NCBI GenBank assembly: GCA_965226555.1
Contig: CBDDDG010000019.1
Location: 1 to 35,483, forward strand
Source of the DNA: Salinispira sp.
GTDB lineage: Bacteria; Spirochaetota; Spirochaetia; DSM-27196; Salinispiraceae
Direction of reading: 5' to 3'
DNA: 35,483 nt
In this document: piece by piece, positions 25,523 through 34,522 of the stretch
Layout: each line of letters starts with the position of its first letter
How positions within the stretch are numbered: the stretch's first letter is position 1
Position numbers and translations under genes: made by a program
Notes under the pieces: generated by a model
Seen by the model: the letters and a program-made list of their open reading frames with translations, nothing else
Told to the model about the DNA's origin: nothing
Database searches by the model: none

Positions 25523-26737
25523 ATGAACGTCCAAATTATAGCAACGATTCTCGGAACCGGGGCAACAATTATCGGCATACTATGGAGGCTGAGTTCCTAT
25601 ACCAACAAGCGTCTTGACAACCTGAAAGAGGCCAACGCTGAAACCCGGGCAGAACTGTCGAAAATGATTGCTGCCAATAGAGCCCAATCGCAGGCAAATA
25701 GGGCTGAGACGCTGGAAATTATTGCCGCCAACAGGGCTGAAACGCAGGCAATCATTGCCGATAATAAGGCTGAATCGCAGGCAACCATTGCCGCCAACAG
25801 AGCTGAATCGCAGGCAGCCATTATCGCATCTAAGGCTGAAACGCAGAAGATCATTGCCGATAATAAGGCTGAATCGCAGGCAAATAGGGCTGAAACGCTG
25901 GAAATTATTGCCGCCAACAGGGCTGAATCGCAGGCAGCCATTACTGCCGCTAAGGCTGAAACGCAGAAGATCATTGCCGATAATAAAGCTGAAACGCAGG
26001 CAGCCATTACCGCATCTAAGGCTGAAACGCAGAAGATCATTGCCGATAATAAGGCTGAATCGCAGGCAAATAGGGCTGAGGCGCTGGAAATTATTGCCGC
26101 CAACAAGGCTGAATCGCAGGCAGCCATTATTGCATCTAAGGCTGAAACGCAGAAGATCATTGCCGCCAACAAGGCTGAATCGCAGGCAGCCATTATTGCA
26201 TCTAAGGCTGAAACGCAGAAGATCATTGCCGCCAACAAGGCTGAATCGCAGGCAGCCATTACCGCATCTAAGGCTGAAACGCAGAAGATCATTGCCGATA
26301 ATAAGGCTGAATCGCAGGCAAATAGGGCTGAGACGCTGGAAATTATTGCCACCAACAGGGCTGAATCGCAGGCAAATAGGGTCGAATTACAGAAGTTCAT
26401 TGCCGACACGAGAACTGAGTTGCTGGAAGTCATTGCCGACACGAAGACAGAGCTGCGGGAAGTCATGTCCGACACGAGGACAGAGTTGCGGGAAGCTATT
26501 GCCGATAATAGGGCTGAATTGCGGGCACATAGGGTCGAATTGCTGGAAGCCATCGGCAAGCTGCAAGACGGCATCGCAGAAAACAAGGAGCTGATAGGAG
26601 AAAACAAGCAAATGATAGTAGAAAACAAGCATCTAATAGAAGAAAACAGGTATCCGATAGGAGAAAACAGGAAAATGATAGCAGAAAACAGGCAGCTGAT
26701 ACTTGCGCACCTTACCCGCGAGAAGAAGGGCGCATAA
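25523..26737 (+). CDS. N-terminally membrane-anchored repeat coiled-coil protein
   Basis: GAGG SD. TM segment IIATILGTGATIIGILW. 11-aa repeats (AESQAAIIASK / AETQKIIADNK), 7-aa units (AESQANR) and C-terminal IxENxxx heptads. Confidence 0.85.
   Translation: MNVQIIATILGTGATIIGILWRLSSYTNKRLDNLKEANAETRAELSKMIAANRAQSQANRAETLEIIAANRAETQAIIADNKAESQATIAANRAESQAAIIASKAETQKIIADNKAESQANRAETLEIIAANRAESQAAITAAKAETQKIIADNKAETQAAITASKAETQKIIADNKAESQANRAEALEIIAANKAESQAAIIASKAETQKIIAANKAESQAAIIASKAETQKIIAANKAESQAAITASKAETQKIIADNKAESQANRAETLEIIATNRAESQANRVELQKFIADTRTELLEVIADTKTELREVMSDTRTELREAIADNRAELRAHRVELLEAIGKLQDGIAENKELIGENKQMIVENKHLIEENRYPIGENRKMIAENRQLILAHLTREKKGA
25665..26385 (+). repeat. 33-bp/21-bp modular tandem repeats within the coiled-coil gene
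   Basis: Repeated ggctgaatcgcaggcagccatta and ggctgaaacgcagaagatcattgccg units. Confidence 0.92.
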
Positions 26738-26748
26738 TGGGTGTTTGT

Positions 26749-28593
26749 ATGAAATTTGTAAAAATATGTTCCTTCTTCATACTGCTTTTTCTTTTTTTCG
26801 GCAGCTGCACCGACAGCGGAGTGTTGCTTTCCGGTATGAGGAGGGTTTCTCTTGCTGTCGATACCATTGAAAGCGGCCGTACTCTTCAATATGGCGCAGT
26901 AATTCCGTTTACAGTACATGTTGAGCGTTTGAGAACTATTCCGAACACCGCGCATGTCTCCATTCGCAACAGTCAGGAAAATATTATTGAGACCTACACC
27001 TTCAAGGTGGAAAATTCCCGCCTTCCCGATCTCATTCTTGATGATCTCAATTTGAACGAAGATGTATATTCTCTCAGGGTAGAATTATTCCATGATGACG
27101 AATTCATTGAAGAGCATGAAGCATGGTTTTTTTATGTGCGGAATGACATTCCGTTAAGAAATATCATCATTACTCCGCATTTTGCCTATGTTGGTGAAAC
27201 TGTGGATATTACCGCATTGTTCCAGGAGGCGCATGCAGGTTCCCCGTGGCTTCAGTTCAGGATGGACGATGAATTACTCTATCAGGGGCAATCTCTGGAA
27301 GATGAACTGAATTTTACCGTTCAGGCTCCCGAAATATCCGGAATTTATAATCTTCAGTTCGATATTTACCCGTGGTTTGACGGCAGGATAAACGAAACAA
27401 TAAAGTCATCTACCCAGTACAATGTCGCCCTCATGGTACTCGACAGCATATCTTCGGCAGCAGAACATGGAGAATACCGTATCAATGTGCCGTCTGCTAT
27501 AGATATTCGGGAAAATCTCTTATTCTATCAGGATGAACGCCCATCATTTTCTGTCGCTCTCTCTCCCCATGCCCCATTTAGCGATCCTGTCTTTTTTGAA
27601 ATGAGAGATTCGCAGTTTATGCTTTCATTTGAAAAAGTTGAATCTGATGTCACATTAATCATGTATAGAGACAACATGTCCCTTACTGTTGAAACAGTAA
27701 TGGACAGGGAAGCGGAAATTATCAGAATTGAATATCAGGAAAATGGTAATGATCTTGTGCTCTTTGTTTTTGCTGATGATGACATGATCTACGGCGATCT
27801 TATTTCCCTGGCCGAACTCACCGAAGCAGAAGTACAATTCACTCCTGGTTTACAAACGAGATATCCGCTTGAGGAAATACTCATCCGTCACATCACTGAA
27901 AAAAAATCGGCGGAGGATGTTCTCCAGACCATATACGGCGATGCTCTCCTGTATGCCGAAAGTTTTGATCCAGCCGATCCAGCCGATCCGCCCGATCCAG
28001 CCGATCCGCCCGATCCAGCCGATCCGCCCGATCCAGCCGAGCCGCTTTCCGAAGATGATGATTCTCCGAAGGGATATTTCATCCTCAGTCCCTCAACATC
28101 GGTGAATACTCCTCCGTTTGTACTCGGAGATTTTTCTATTATCGTTGAGGCCGTATTTCATCATGGCGATAATCTGGAATTTCTCGATATACATCTTTTT
28201 CAGGATGATGAAGAAGAGCAGCAGGTATTTTCTTTGTTGGATATTCCACAGTTTGCTGATGCGGTTATCCGCAACAAGGGAGTGCTGCGTCTTGCATTTA
28301 GCAAGAGTGATGATGCCCTGCAGCTCATGTTCCAAGGTGAGTCTATTCCCCTTCCTCTTTCTCCTGAAAAACCCTTCTCTATTTCCTTTTATCAGGCAGA
28401 GACCCCCCCCCTTCGTGTTGAAACCATATTTGCTTTTACCGAAGAACTCCCCGAACAACCCAGCCAACAACCCCCCGCAGCACCCAACCGACAACCCCCC
28501 GAACAACCCAGCCAACAACCCCCCGCAGCACCCAGCCGACAACCCCCCGCAGCAGTTGATTCTGCATCAGAATTCAATACGCTGCTGCCCTGA
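26749..28593 (+). CDS. Hypothetical acidic beta-rich lipoprotein with Ig-like N-terminal domains and Pro-rich repeat inserts
   Basis: Signal peptide MKFVKICSFFILLFLFFGS-C. Ig-like patterns YSLRVEL and APEISGIYNLQFDI. The alternative start at 26737 overlaps the upstream stop. Confidence 0.7.
   Translation: MKFVKICSFFILLFLFFGSCTDSGVLLSGMRRVSLAVDTIESGRTLQYGAVIPFTVHVERLRTIPNTAHVSIRNSQENIIETYTFKVENSRLPDLILDDLNLNEDVYSLRVELFHDDEFIEEHEAWFFYVRNDIPLRNIIITPHFAYVGETVDITALFQEAHAGSPWLQFRMDDELLYQGQSLEDELNFTVQAPEISGIYNLQFDIYPWFDGRINETIKSSTQYNVALMVLDSISSAAEHGEYRINVPSAIDIRENLLFYQDERPSFSVALSPHAPFSDPVFFEMRDSQFMLSFEKVESDVTLIMYRDNMSLTVETVMDREAEIIRIEYQENGNDLVLFVFADDDMIYGDLISLAELTEAEVQFTPGLQTRYPLEEILIRHITEKKSAEDVLQTIYGDALLYAESFDPADPADPPDPADPPDPADPPDPAEPLSEDDDSPKGYFILSPSTSVNTPPFVLGDFSIIVEAVFHHGDNLEFLDIHLFQDDEEEQQVFSLLDIPQFADAVIRNKGVLRLAFSKSDDALQLMFQGESIPLPLSPEKPFSISFYQAETPPLRVETIFAFTEELPEQPSQQPPAAPNRQPPEQPSQQPPAAPSRQPPAAVDSASEFNTLLP
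27967..28040 (+). repeat. 9/18-bp tandem repeat encoding DPADPADPPDPADPPDP
   Basis: gatccagccgatccgccc is repeated. Confidence 0.9.
28450..28553 (+). repeat. 48-bp x2 tandem repeat (PEQPSQQPPAAPxRQP)
   Basis: cccgaacaacccagccaacaaccccccgcagcaccca begins at 28450 and at 28498. Confidence 0.9.
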
Positions 28594-28607
28594 ACGGGGA
28601 TGTACAC

Positions 28608-30002
28608 ATGAAACCTACCGCCATATTTTTTCTCCTGCTCATCGGCAACCTGCTCATCGGCACCATCATCATTGCTCAGGAGGCGCCTCTGCTGCCCGCT
28701 GCATCCCTGTATGGTGTGTATTTTTCTGAGGAACAGGAAATACCGAAGGAAGTCATTGCCCATATCGATAACAGCATTATGCAATCGCTCCTGCCCTTCT
28801 TTCAGTTAACCGCATTGGCTCAGCGCATTCCGGTAGATGATGAAATCAAAGAGCGCCCCGCCCCGCCGCCTTATCAATTGCTTTTCCCCGTTTCTCCGGT
28901 AGATGATGAAATCAAAGAGCGCGCCGCCCCGCCGAATACGCAGGCAAATATTGAAATTATCCCGCACCTGCAGGAATACACAATAACGGGCGGCACAAAC
29001 AATGATCAGGCAGGGTCGCAGGCAGCGCCGCCGGAAGAGTCTCGGGCGGGGTCGCCGGCAGCGCCGCTGGAAGAGTCTCAGGCAGGGTCGCCGGCAGCGC
29101 CATCGATAGCGCCAGCGGCAGGGTATCTGGCGGCAACTTTGGCAGTTCGGGTTGCCATTGTTCATATGGGAGAACGGGTTGCGGATGTCGTTTTGAAGAC
29201 AATTGGGTACAGTCCCAGCGAGGAGGACGCGCTGAAACAGGCGGTGGATGAGTTATCGGCTTACATTAGGGTTGCACTCGCAGGATCACGAGCATTACCC
29301 GGCAGGCAGACAGCAATTGTTGAAACATTTGAGGATAAGGTTATTATTTCATCGCGCTCGGCTGTTGCTGTGGGAAATGAATATAAGGTGCGGCGTCTTG
29401 TCCACAACGGTATTAATTCGGACTGGGAAGATATCGCGCTTATTCGTGTTCGGGAAGTACGCGAAGAATATTCCATTGCGAATGTTATATTTAAAGAAAG
29501 TCCGTTGTTGATAAGCGATTACCTGCAGCAATTGCCCCGCGCAGCCCTTTCCATATATCCCCATGTTGGGGGTTCCTTTAATCTTACCACCGGCATTCTG
29601 GATCGCCTTTTGGCAGGTGTGAAGATGGCGCTCAGTACGGGAGTATATGACTTTCGACCCTTCCTTGATTTCACCTTTCTGTTTTCGCTCGTTGAGGAGG
29701 AGGGGCAGGAGCCCTTTTCCGTTTCTGCGGGCATTGGGGCAGAATATAATGTGTTTCTTGAGCGTTTCACGATTGTGCCGAGCGTTCTCATTGGTCTGAA
29801 CAGCCAGTTTCCCGATTCAGGATTCCAATTTGCCAACCTTCAGAGCAGCTTGCAGCTTGCGGTGTCATACCTGTTACCGGGGGTCTATGAGAATGTTGAG
29901 CTGTATCTTGAGGGGGGCTATGGTCTCCGCTTTGCGCTGGATGTTTCCGTGGCGGGGACTTCTGAAACAGTGAACTTCGGGTTCGGCATTCGAATCCGAT
30001 AA
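28608..30002 (+). CDS. Secreted protein, probable outer-membrane protein: FlgT-C-like middle domain and C-terminal beta-barrel
   Basis: Signal peptide. GNEYKV...IALIRVREVREEYSIANV in the middle. Amphipathic strands (VSAGIGAEYN, ELYLEGGYG, VNFGFGIRIR) at the C-terminus. Confidence 0.6.
   Translation: MKPTAIFFLLLIGNLLIGTIIIAQEAPLLPAASLYGVYFSEEQEIPKEVIAHIDNSIMQSLLPFFQLTALAQRIPVDDEIKERPAPPPYQLLFPVSPVDDEIKERAAPPNTQANIEIIPHLQEYTITGGTNNDQAGSQAAPPEESRAGSPAAPLEESQAGSPAAPSIAPAAGYLAATLAVRVAIVHMGERVADVVLKTIGYSPSEEDALKQAVDELSAYIRVALAGSRALPGRQTAIVETFEDKVIISSRSAVAVGNEYKVRRLVHNGINSDWEDIALIRVREVREEYSIANVIFKESPLLISDYLQQLPRAALSIYPHVGGSFNLTTGILDRLLAGVKMALSTGVYDFRPFLDFTFLFSLVEEEGQEPFSVSAGIGAEYNVFLERFTIVPSVLIGLNSQFPDSGFQFANLQSSLQLAVSYLLPGVYENVELYLEGGYGLRFALDVSVAGTSETVNFGFGIRIR
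28830..29105 (+). repeat. Two in-frame repeat sets: 39-bp segment at 66-bp period (PVDDEIKERxAPP x2) and 36-bp x3 (xAGSxAAPxEES)
   Basis: ccggtagatgatgaaatcaaagagcgc at 28830 and 28896. The 36-bp units start at 29007, 29043 and 29079. Confidence 0.88.
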
Positions 30003-30028
30003 TACCTGGGGCGGTGTATTATGTGCGT

Positions 30029-30775
30029 TTATTCTTCAGAAATGAGCAGTGTCCGGGCTTCTAATGTAAGATGCAGATCTTCATCAACATAACGGTCATG
30101 ATCCTTGATCAGAGACAGTTCGATATGTTTATCCTGATTGTGCAAATAAATGAGAACCTCAATTTCTTCAATAAAGGGTACAATACCGGCAGGAACCCCT
30201 CTTTCATTGAAGGTACCGCCAGTCGCCCCACCGGTGTTATCGTTCGCATCGCTGCCATCGGTAGTATCGTCAGTATCGGTTGTGCCCCAGATCGTAAGCC
30301 CATGATCGCGGGCAAATTTTCTGAGCGCTGCGAGGTCTTCGAGGCTGCTGATGCTAAAGTCGTATCCATCGATAACGAGAACTTCGGCTTGAAAGTTTCC
30401 GCTTGAAATGAGCGCCTGAATGCTCCGCAGGATGTGTTCAATTTTGACGCCGGCCTGATTAAAGTTCATAATGACCCTGTTTTGAATGAGGGAATCGTGA
30501 ATTTCCCGCACCTTCTCTAATTCACGCTTTTTTGCTATTTCCTGAAAGAGTATTTCGTACCAATCCATAATGTGGCTGGTTTTCGATGAGAATGAAAGAT
30601 GAATAACATGCTTATTCTGAAAGAGCTTATCAATTGCGATGTGCACAAGGCAGGCAGTTTTTCCCACACCGCGCTTTGACGCAATAATACCAATGTTTCC
30701 CACGCCAACCCCGCCGTGAATGGATTTCTCAAGAATTCTCAGCGGGCTGCGTTTTATAAGCTCGGTTTTAACCAT
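30029..30775 (-). CDS. RecA/KaiC/DnaB-fold P-loop ATPase-like protein of unknown function
   Basis: IHGGVGVGNIGIIASKRGVGKT (Walker A) and VLVIDGY (Walker B). GGGAG SD. Directly downstream of fusA. Confidence 0.75.
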   Translation of the reverse strand: MVKTELIKRSPLRILEKSIHGGVGVGNIGIIASKRGVGKTACLVHIAIDKLFQNKHVIHLSFSSKTSHIMDWYEILFQEIAKKRELEKVREIHDSLIQNRVIMNFNQAGVKIEHILRSIQALISSGNFQAEVLVIDGYDFSISSLEDLAALRKFARDHGLTIWGTTDTDDTTDGSDANDNTGGATGGTFNERGVPAGIVPFIEEIEVLIYLHNQDKHIELSLIKDHDRYVDEDLHLTLEARTLLISEE

Positions 30776-30852
30776 AACATAATCTCCCTGTCGCTAATCT
30801 GCGAGAAACCTTTACCTTTGCATTATGTATGCGCATTTCGCAAAAATTTCTG

Positions 30853-32937
30853 CTATTTTTTTTCGGCTCTGCGTTTTTCTTCATAGTTGGTCTTTAGTTC
30901 TTCGGCAATACTCTGCGGCACCTTTCCATAGCGAATAAATTCCATGGAGAATTCGGCCTTGCCCTGTGTTGATGAGCGGAGAACGGTTGAGTATCCGAAC
31001 ATTTCGCTGAGCGGCACCTCAGCCTCAATACTGGTAAAGGACCCGCTTTCGGTGGACGATACAATGACTCCCCGACGTTGGTTAATAGTTCCGAATATAT
31101 TTCCCTGAAATTCTGTCGGCCCTTCTACCACAACCTTCATAATGGGCTCAAGAATTATCGGTTTACATGAGTTATACACTTCTCTGAAAGCGCCGAAGGC
31201 GGCAGCCTGAAAAGCGTTATCGGATGAATCCACAGGATGCGTGGAACCATCGTTTATTGTTACCTTTACCCCGACTATTGGGAAACCTATCTGGGTACCC
31301 TTTCTGAGCCCCCTCTTAAAGCCTTTTTCGCAGGAAGGAATAAATTCCTGCGGGATCACACCGCCCCGAATTTTGCTAACAAATTCAAAGTCGCCATCGT
31401 CAAGGGGTTCAATAATACCGGCGATCCGCCCAAATTGACCCGATCCGCCGGTCTGCTTTTTATGCGTATAGTTGAAGTCGGCAGAAGATGATATGGTTTC
31501 ACGATAGGCAACCTGCGGTTGCCCGGTTCGAACCTCGGCGCGGTATTCCCTGCGCATCCGTTCAATGTATACCTCTAAATGAAGCTCTCCCATCCCCTGA
31601 ATAATGGTCTGGTTCGATTCAGGATCAACAAAAGTGCGGAAGGTGGGATCTTCTCTGGTAAAGCGGCCGAGAGCCTTTGCCAGATTGTCAGCAGATTTCT
31701 TATCCTCTGTTTCAATAGCAAGGGAAATGACCGGCTCGGGCACAAACATGGAAGTCATTGAGAGGTTCAGGTTTCCTTCACAAAAGGTGTCGCCCGATGC
31801 GCAATCAATACCAAAAAGGGCTGCAATATCCCCGGTACCCGCTTCTTCAATATCTTCCATATGATTAGAGTGCATTTTAATAAGCCTTCCAACTTTGAAC
31901 TTTTTTTTGGTCCGTGTATTGTGAAGTTCCGATCCTTTTTTTACACATCCCTGATACACGCGAATGTAGGTGAGCTGTCCATACTGTCCATCTTCCAATT
32001 TGAAGGCAAGCGCGACGGTATTTTTCTGAGGATCGGATGATAGCTCAATCTCCTCCTCATTGTTATTGATATCAAGAGCCGTATTTGTAATGTCCAGCGG
32101 GCAGGGGAGAAAATGATCCACCGCATCGAGAAGGGGCTGAACTCCCTTATTCTTATATGCGGAACCCATAAATACCGGAACCAATTCCAGCGACAGCGTA
32201 CCCGCCCGAATCCCCCTGCGCAGGAGCTCATGAGAGACCTCGCCTTCCAGAAAGGCTTCGGCAAGCTCATCATCGTACATTGATGCCTTATCAATAAGTT
32301 CTTCATGGTACGTTTCCGCATCTGCGCGGAGCGCTTCCGGAATCTCCTCAACTCTGAGAGTTTGCCCCTGGGCGCCATCGAAATACAGTGCCTTCATCTC
32401 AATGAGATCAACCACTCCGACATGTTTGTCCTCAAGACCAATGGGAAGTTGCGTCAGCACGGCATTAAGGTCGAGCTTATCTATAAGCTGCTCCCTGACC
32501 TTGAAGGGATCGGCTCCGGTTCTGTCGAGCTTATTTATGAAGGCTATGCGGGGAACCTGATATCGCCTCATCTGGCGGTCGACCGTAATGGACTGCGATT
32601 GAACGCCCTCAACGCCGGACAGCACGAGAACGGCGCCATCGAGCACCCGAAGAGCCCGTTCGACCTCAATGGTAAAATCAACATGACCAGGAGTATCAAT
32701 AATGTTAATGTCGATATTCTTCCACTGCACGGAGGTCGCCGCCGATGCAATGGTAATGCCCCGTTCCTTCTCAAGTTCCATGGAGTCCATGGTCGCTCCG
32801 ACCCCGTCCTTGCCCCGAACCTCATGTATCGCGTGAATTCGGTCGCAATAAAAGAGAATACGTTCAGTGAGAGTCGTTTTCCCTGAATCGATGTGGGCGC
32901 TGATACCAATGTTGCGCATTGCTGTTATATGCTCCAT
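30853..32937 (-). CDS. fusA: Elongation factor G (EF-G1 type)
   Basis: [40 protein letters not shown] and [10 protein letters not shown] motifs. GAGG SD supports ATG 32937 rather than 33030. Confidence 0.97.
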   Translation of the reverse strand: MEHITAMRNIGISAHIDSGKTTLTERILFYCDRIHAIHEVRGKDGVGATMDSMELEKERGITIASAATSVQWKNIDINIIDTPGHVDFTIEVERALRVLDGAVLVLSGVEGVQSQSITVDRQMRRYQVPRIAFINKLDRTGADPFKVREQLIDKLDLNAVLTQLPIGLEDKHVGVVDLIEMKALYFDGAQGQTLRVEEIPEALRADAETYHEELIDKASMYDDELAEAFLEGEVSHELLRRGIRAGTLSLELVPVFMGSAYKNKGVQPLLDAVDHFLPCPLDITNTALDINNNEEEIELSSDPQKNTVALAFKLEDGQYGQLTYIRVYQGCVKKGSELHNTRTKKKFKVGRLIKMHSNHMEDIEEAGTGDIAALFGIDCASGDTFCEGNLNLSMTSMFVPEPVISLAIETEDKKSADNLAKALGRFTREDPTFRTFVDPESNQTIIQGMGELHLEVYIERMRREYRAEVRTGQPQVAYRETISSSADFNYTHKKQTGGSGQFGRIAGIIEPLDDGDFEFVSKIRGGVIPQEFIPSCEKGFKRGLRKGTQIGFPIVGVKVTINDGSTHPVDSSDNAFQAAAFGAFREVYNSCKPIILEPIMKVVVEGPTEFQGNIFGTINQRRGVIVSSTESGSFTSIEAEVPLSEMFGYSTVLRSSTQGKAEFSMEFIRYGKVPQSIAEELKTNYEEKRRAEKK

Positions 32938-32969
32938 GTAGTTGTATACCTCATTTAATACGATAATTG

Positions 32970-33058
32970 AATATACTATTTCAGAATACTTGTTGCAAGA
33001 CAAAAGTTTCAATAAAAATTTTGTCGACATTGACTTATTATGGATTTTTCTCTACATT
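32970..33058. promoter_or_regulatory. Divergent sigma70-type promoters for fusA (minus) and def-fmt (plus)
   Basis: Minus strand: TTGCAA (32998-32993), 17 nt, TATATT (32975-32970). Plus strand: TTGACT (33030-33035), 17 nt, TACATT (33053-33058). Confidence 0.7.
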
Positions 33059-33064
33059 ATCGGA

Positions 33065-33559
33065 ATGCTGAATGTTGTTATTTTGCCGGATGATCGGCTC
33101 CACAGACGATCTCAGCCTGTTCGGAATGTTGATGATGAATTGATTTCATACTGCATGCAGATGATTGAAACCATGCATGCGCATAAGGGTGTCGGTCTTG
33201 CCGGAGTACAGACAGGGCGGATGGAAGATGTTTTTGTTGTCCACATTCCCGATGATGAGCCGAGAATTTTTATTAACCCCGAAATAACCGCGTACTCAGA
33301 TACCACCTGTACGCGCGAAGAAGGCTGCCTGAGCATTCCCGGAATTTATGCCGATGTTGAACGCCCCGATGGGGTTCAGCTGCGGTTCCTTACTGCGGAT
33401 GGTTCGGAGCGCAGTTTTCATGCCGATGGATACCTTGCCCGGGTGATCCAGCATGAATATGATCATCTTCATGGAAGGTTATTCTATAGTTATCTGAAGC
33501 CGGGGCAGCAGAAACGTTTTCTCAAGAGGTATACGCAGGGCAGGCAGGAGATGCAATGA
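33065..33559 (+). CDS. def: Peptide deformylase
   Basis: GVGLAGVQ, EEGCLSIPG and QHEYDHLHG motifs. Start moved to ATG 33065. Confidence 0.96.
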   Translation: MLNVVILPDDRLHRRSQPVRNVDDELISYCMQMIETMHAHKGVGLAGVQTGRMEDVFVVHIPDDEPRIFINPEITAYSDTTCTREEGCLSIPGIYADVERPDGVQLRFLTADGSERSFHADGYLARVIQHEYDHLHGRLFYSYLKPGQQKRFLKRYTQGRQEMQ

Positions 33560-34500
33560 GAATACTCTTTGCGGGGAGTCCTGAATTTGCCCTTCCCTCA
33601 TTGCAGGCAATTCATACATGTTCCCGTCATCGGCTTGTTGCGGTTCTTACTGCTCCGGGGCGGGCTGGGCATAAGCGGGCTGGCAGGGGTATTGCGGAGA
33701 ATCCGGTCGCGCGATATGCGGAAGAGAAGGGTATTCCGATTCTTCGGCCGCAGCGTCTGGATGCTCAGGCTCGGGAGGATGTTCGGAAATATGCTCCGAA
33801 TGTGCTGGCAGTGGCGGCTTATGGCACAATTTTTGGACCGCGTTTTTTGGAATTGTTCTCCAGAGGGGGAATTAACCTTCACCCGAGTCTCCTCCCGCTC
33901 CATAGGGGACCTGCGCCAATTCCTGCGGCAATTCTTGCCGGCGACAGGAAGGGGGGGATCAGTATACAGCGTATAGCCCTGAAAATGGATGCCGGCGATA
34001 TCATTCTGCAGGAAACTTTTGATATTGATGCTCATGCAACAACCGCGAACCTGAGTGAACATTGCGCAGAGCGCGGAGCTGCATTACTGGTTAAGGCAAT
34101 TGATCTCATGGAAACAGAAAAGATGCCTACCTATCCGCAAAATGAAAGCGAGGCAAGCTATTGCGGGCTCATTAAAAAGGAAGATGGTTTCATAAACTGG
34201 GCACGCTCCGCAGTTCAGATTGACCGCGCTGTCCGCGCCTACCTGCCATGGCCCCTGGCGCATACACGTTGGGAGGGAAGAATATTGAATGTTACCAAGG
34301 CGCAAATCGCTGAGAATCTGCCCGAGGCGGAATTCGAAGCAGGCAGGGTTCTTGGTGTAGACAGGAAGTTGGGAATTCTGGTACAAACCGGACAGGGAAT
34401 ACTTGCTCTTCAGAATCTTCAGCTTCAGTCCAGAAAAATTATGGACTGGAAGAGTTTTATTAATGGGAATGTAGGCATGTGTTCTTCTATGCTTGGATAA
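33556..34500 (+). CDS. fmt: Methionyl-tRNA formyltransferase
   Basis: MRILFAGSPEFALPSL, INLHPSLLP.HRG.API, MDAGDI and IKKEDG.INW motifs. ATGA overlap with def. Confidence 0.96.
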   Translation: MRILFAGSPEFALPSLQAIHTCSRHRLVAVLTAPGRAGHKRAGRGIAENPVARYAEEKGIPILRPQRLDAQAREDVRKYAPNVLAVAAYGTIFGPRFLELFSRGGINLHPSLLPLHRGPAPIPAAILAGDRKGGISIQRIALKMDAGDIILQETFDIDAHATTANLSEHCAERGAALLVKAIDLMETEKMPTYPQNESEASYCGLIKKEDGFINWARSAVQIDRAVRAYLPWPLAHTRWEGRILNVTKAQIAENLPEAEFEAGRVLGVDRKLGILVQTGQGILALQNLQLQSRKIMDWKSFINGNVGMCSSMLG

Positions 34501-34522
34501 AGTTTCCTGGAGGGGAACAGTT

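Noticed and set aside
25597..26955. Long antisense (452 aa) and alternate-frame (308 aa) ORFs over the coiled-coil gene
   Set aside because: They are by-products of a stop-free repeat unit. Only the 25523 frame has an SD, a TM anchor and a coherent coiled-coil pattern.
32938..33064. Overlapping N-terminal extensions of fusA (to 33030) and def (from 32942); likewise the 6699, 13773 and 18972 starts
   Set aside because: These extensions run through AT-rich promoter regions. Downstream ATGs fit the family N-termini and promoter positions.
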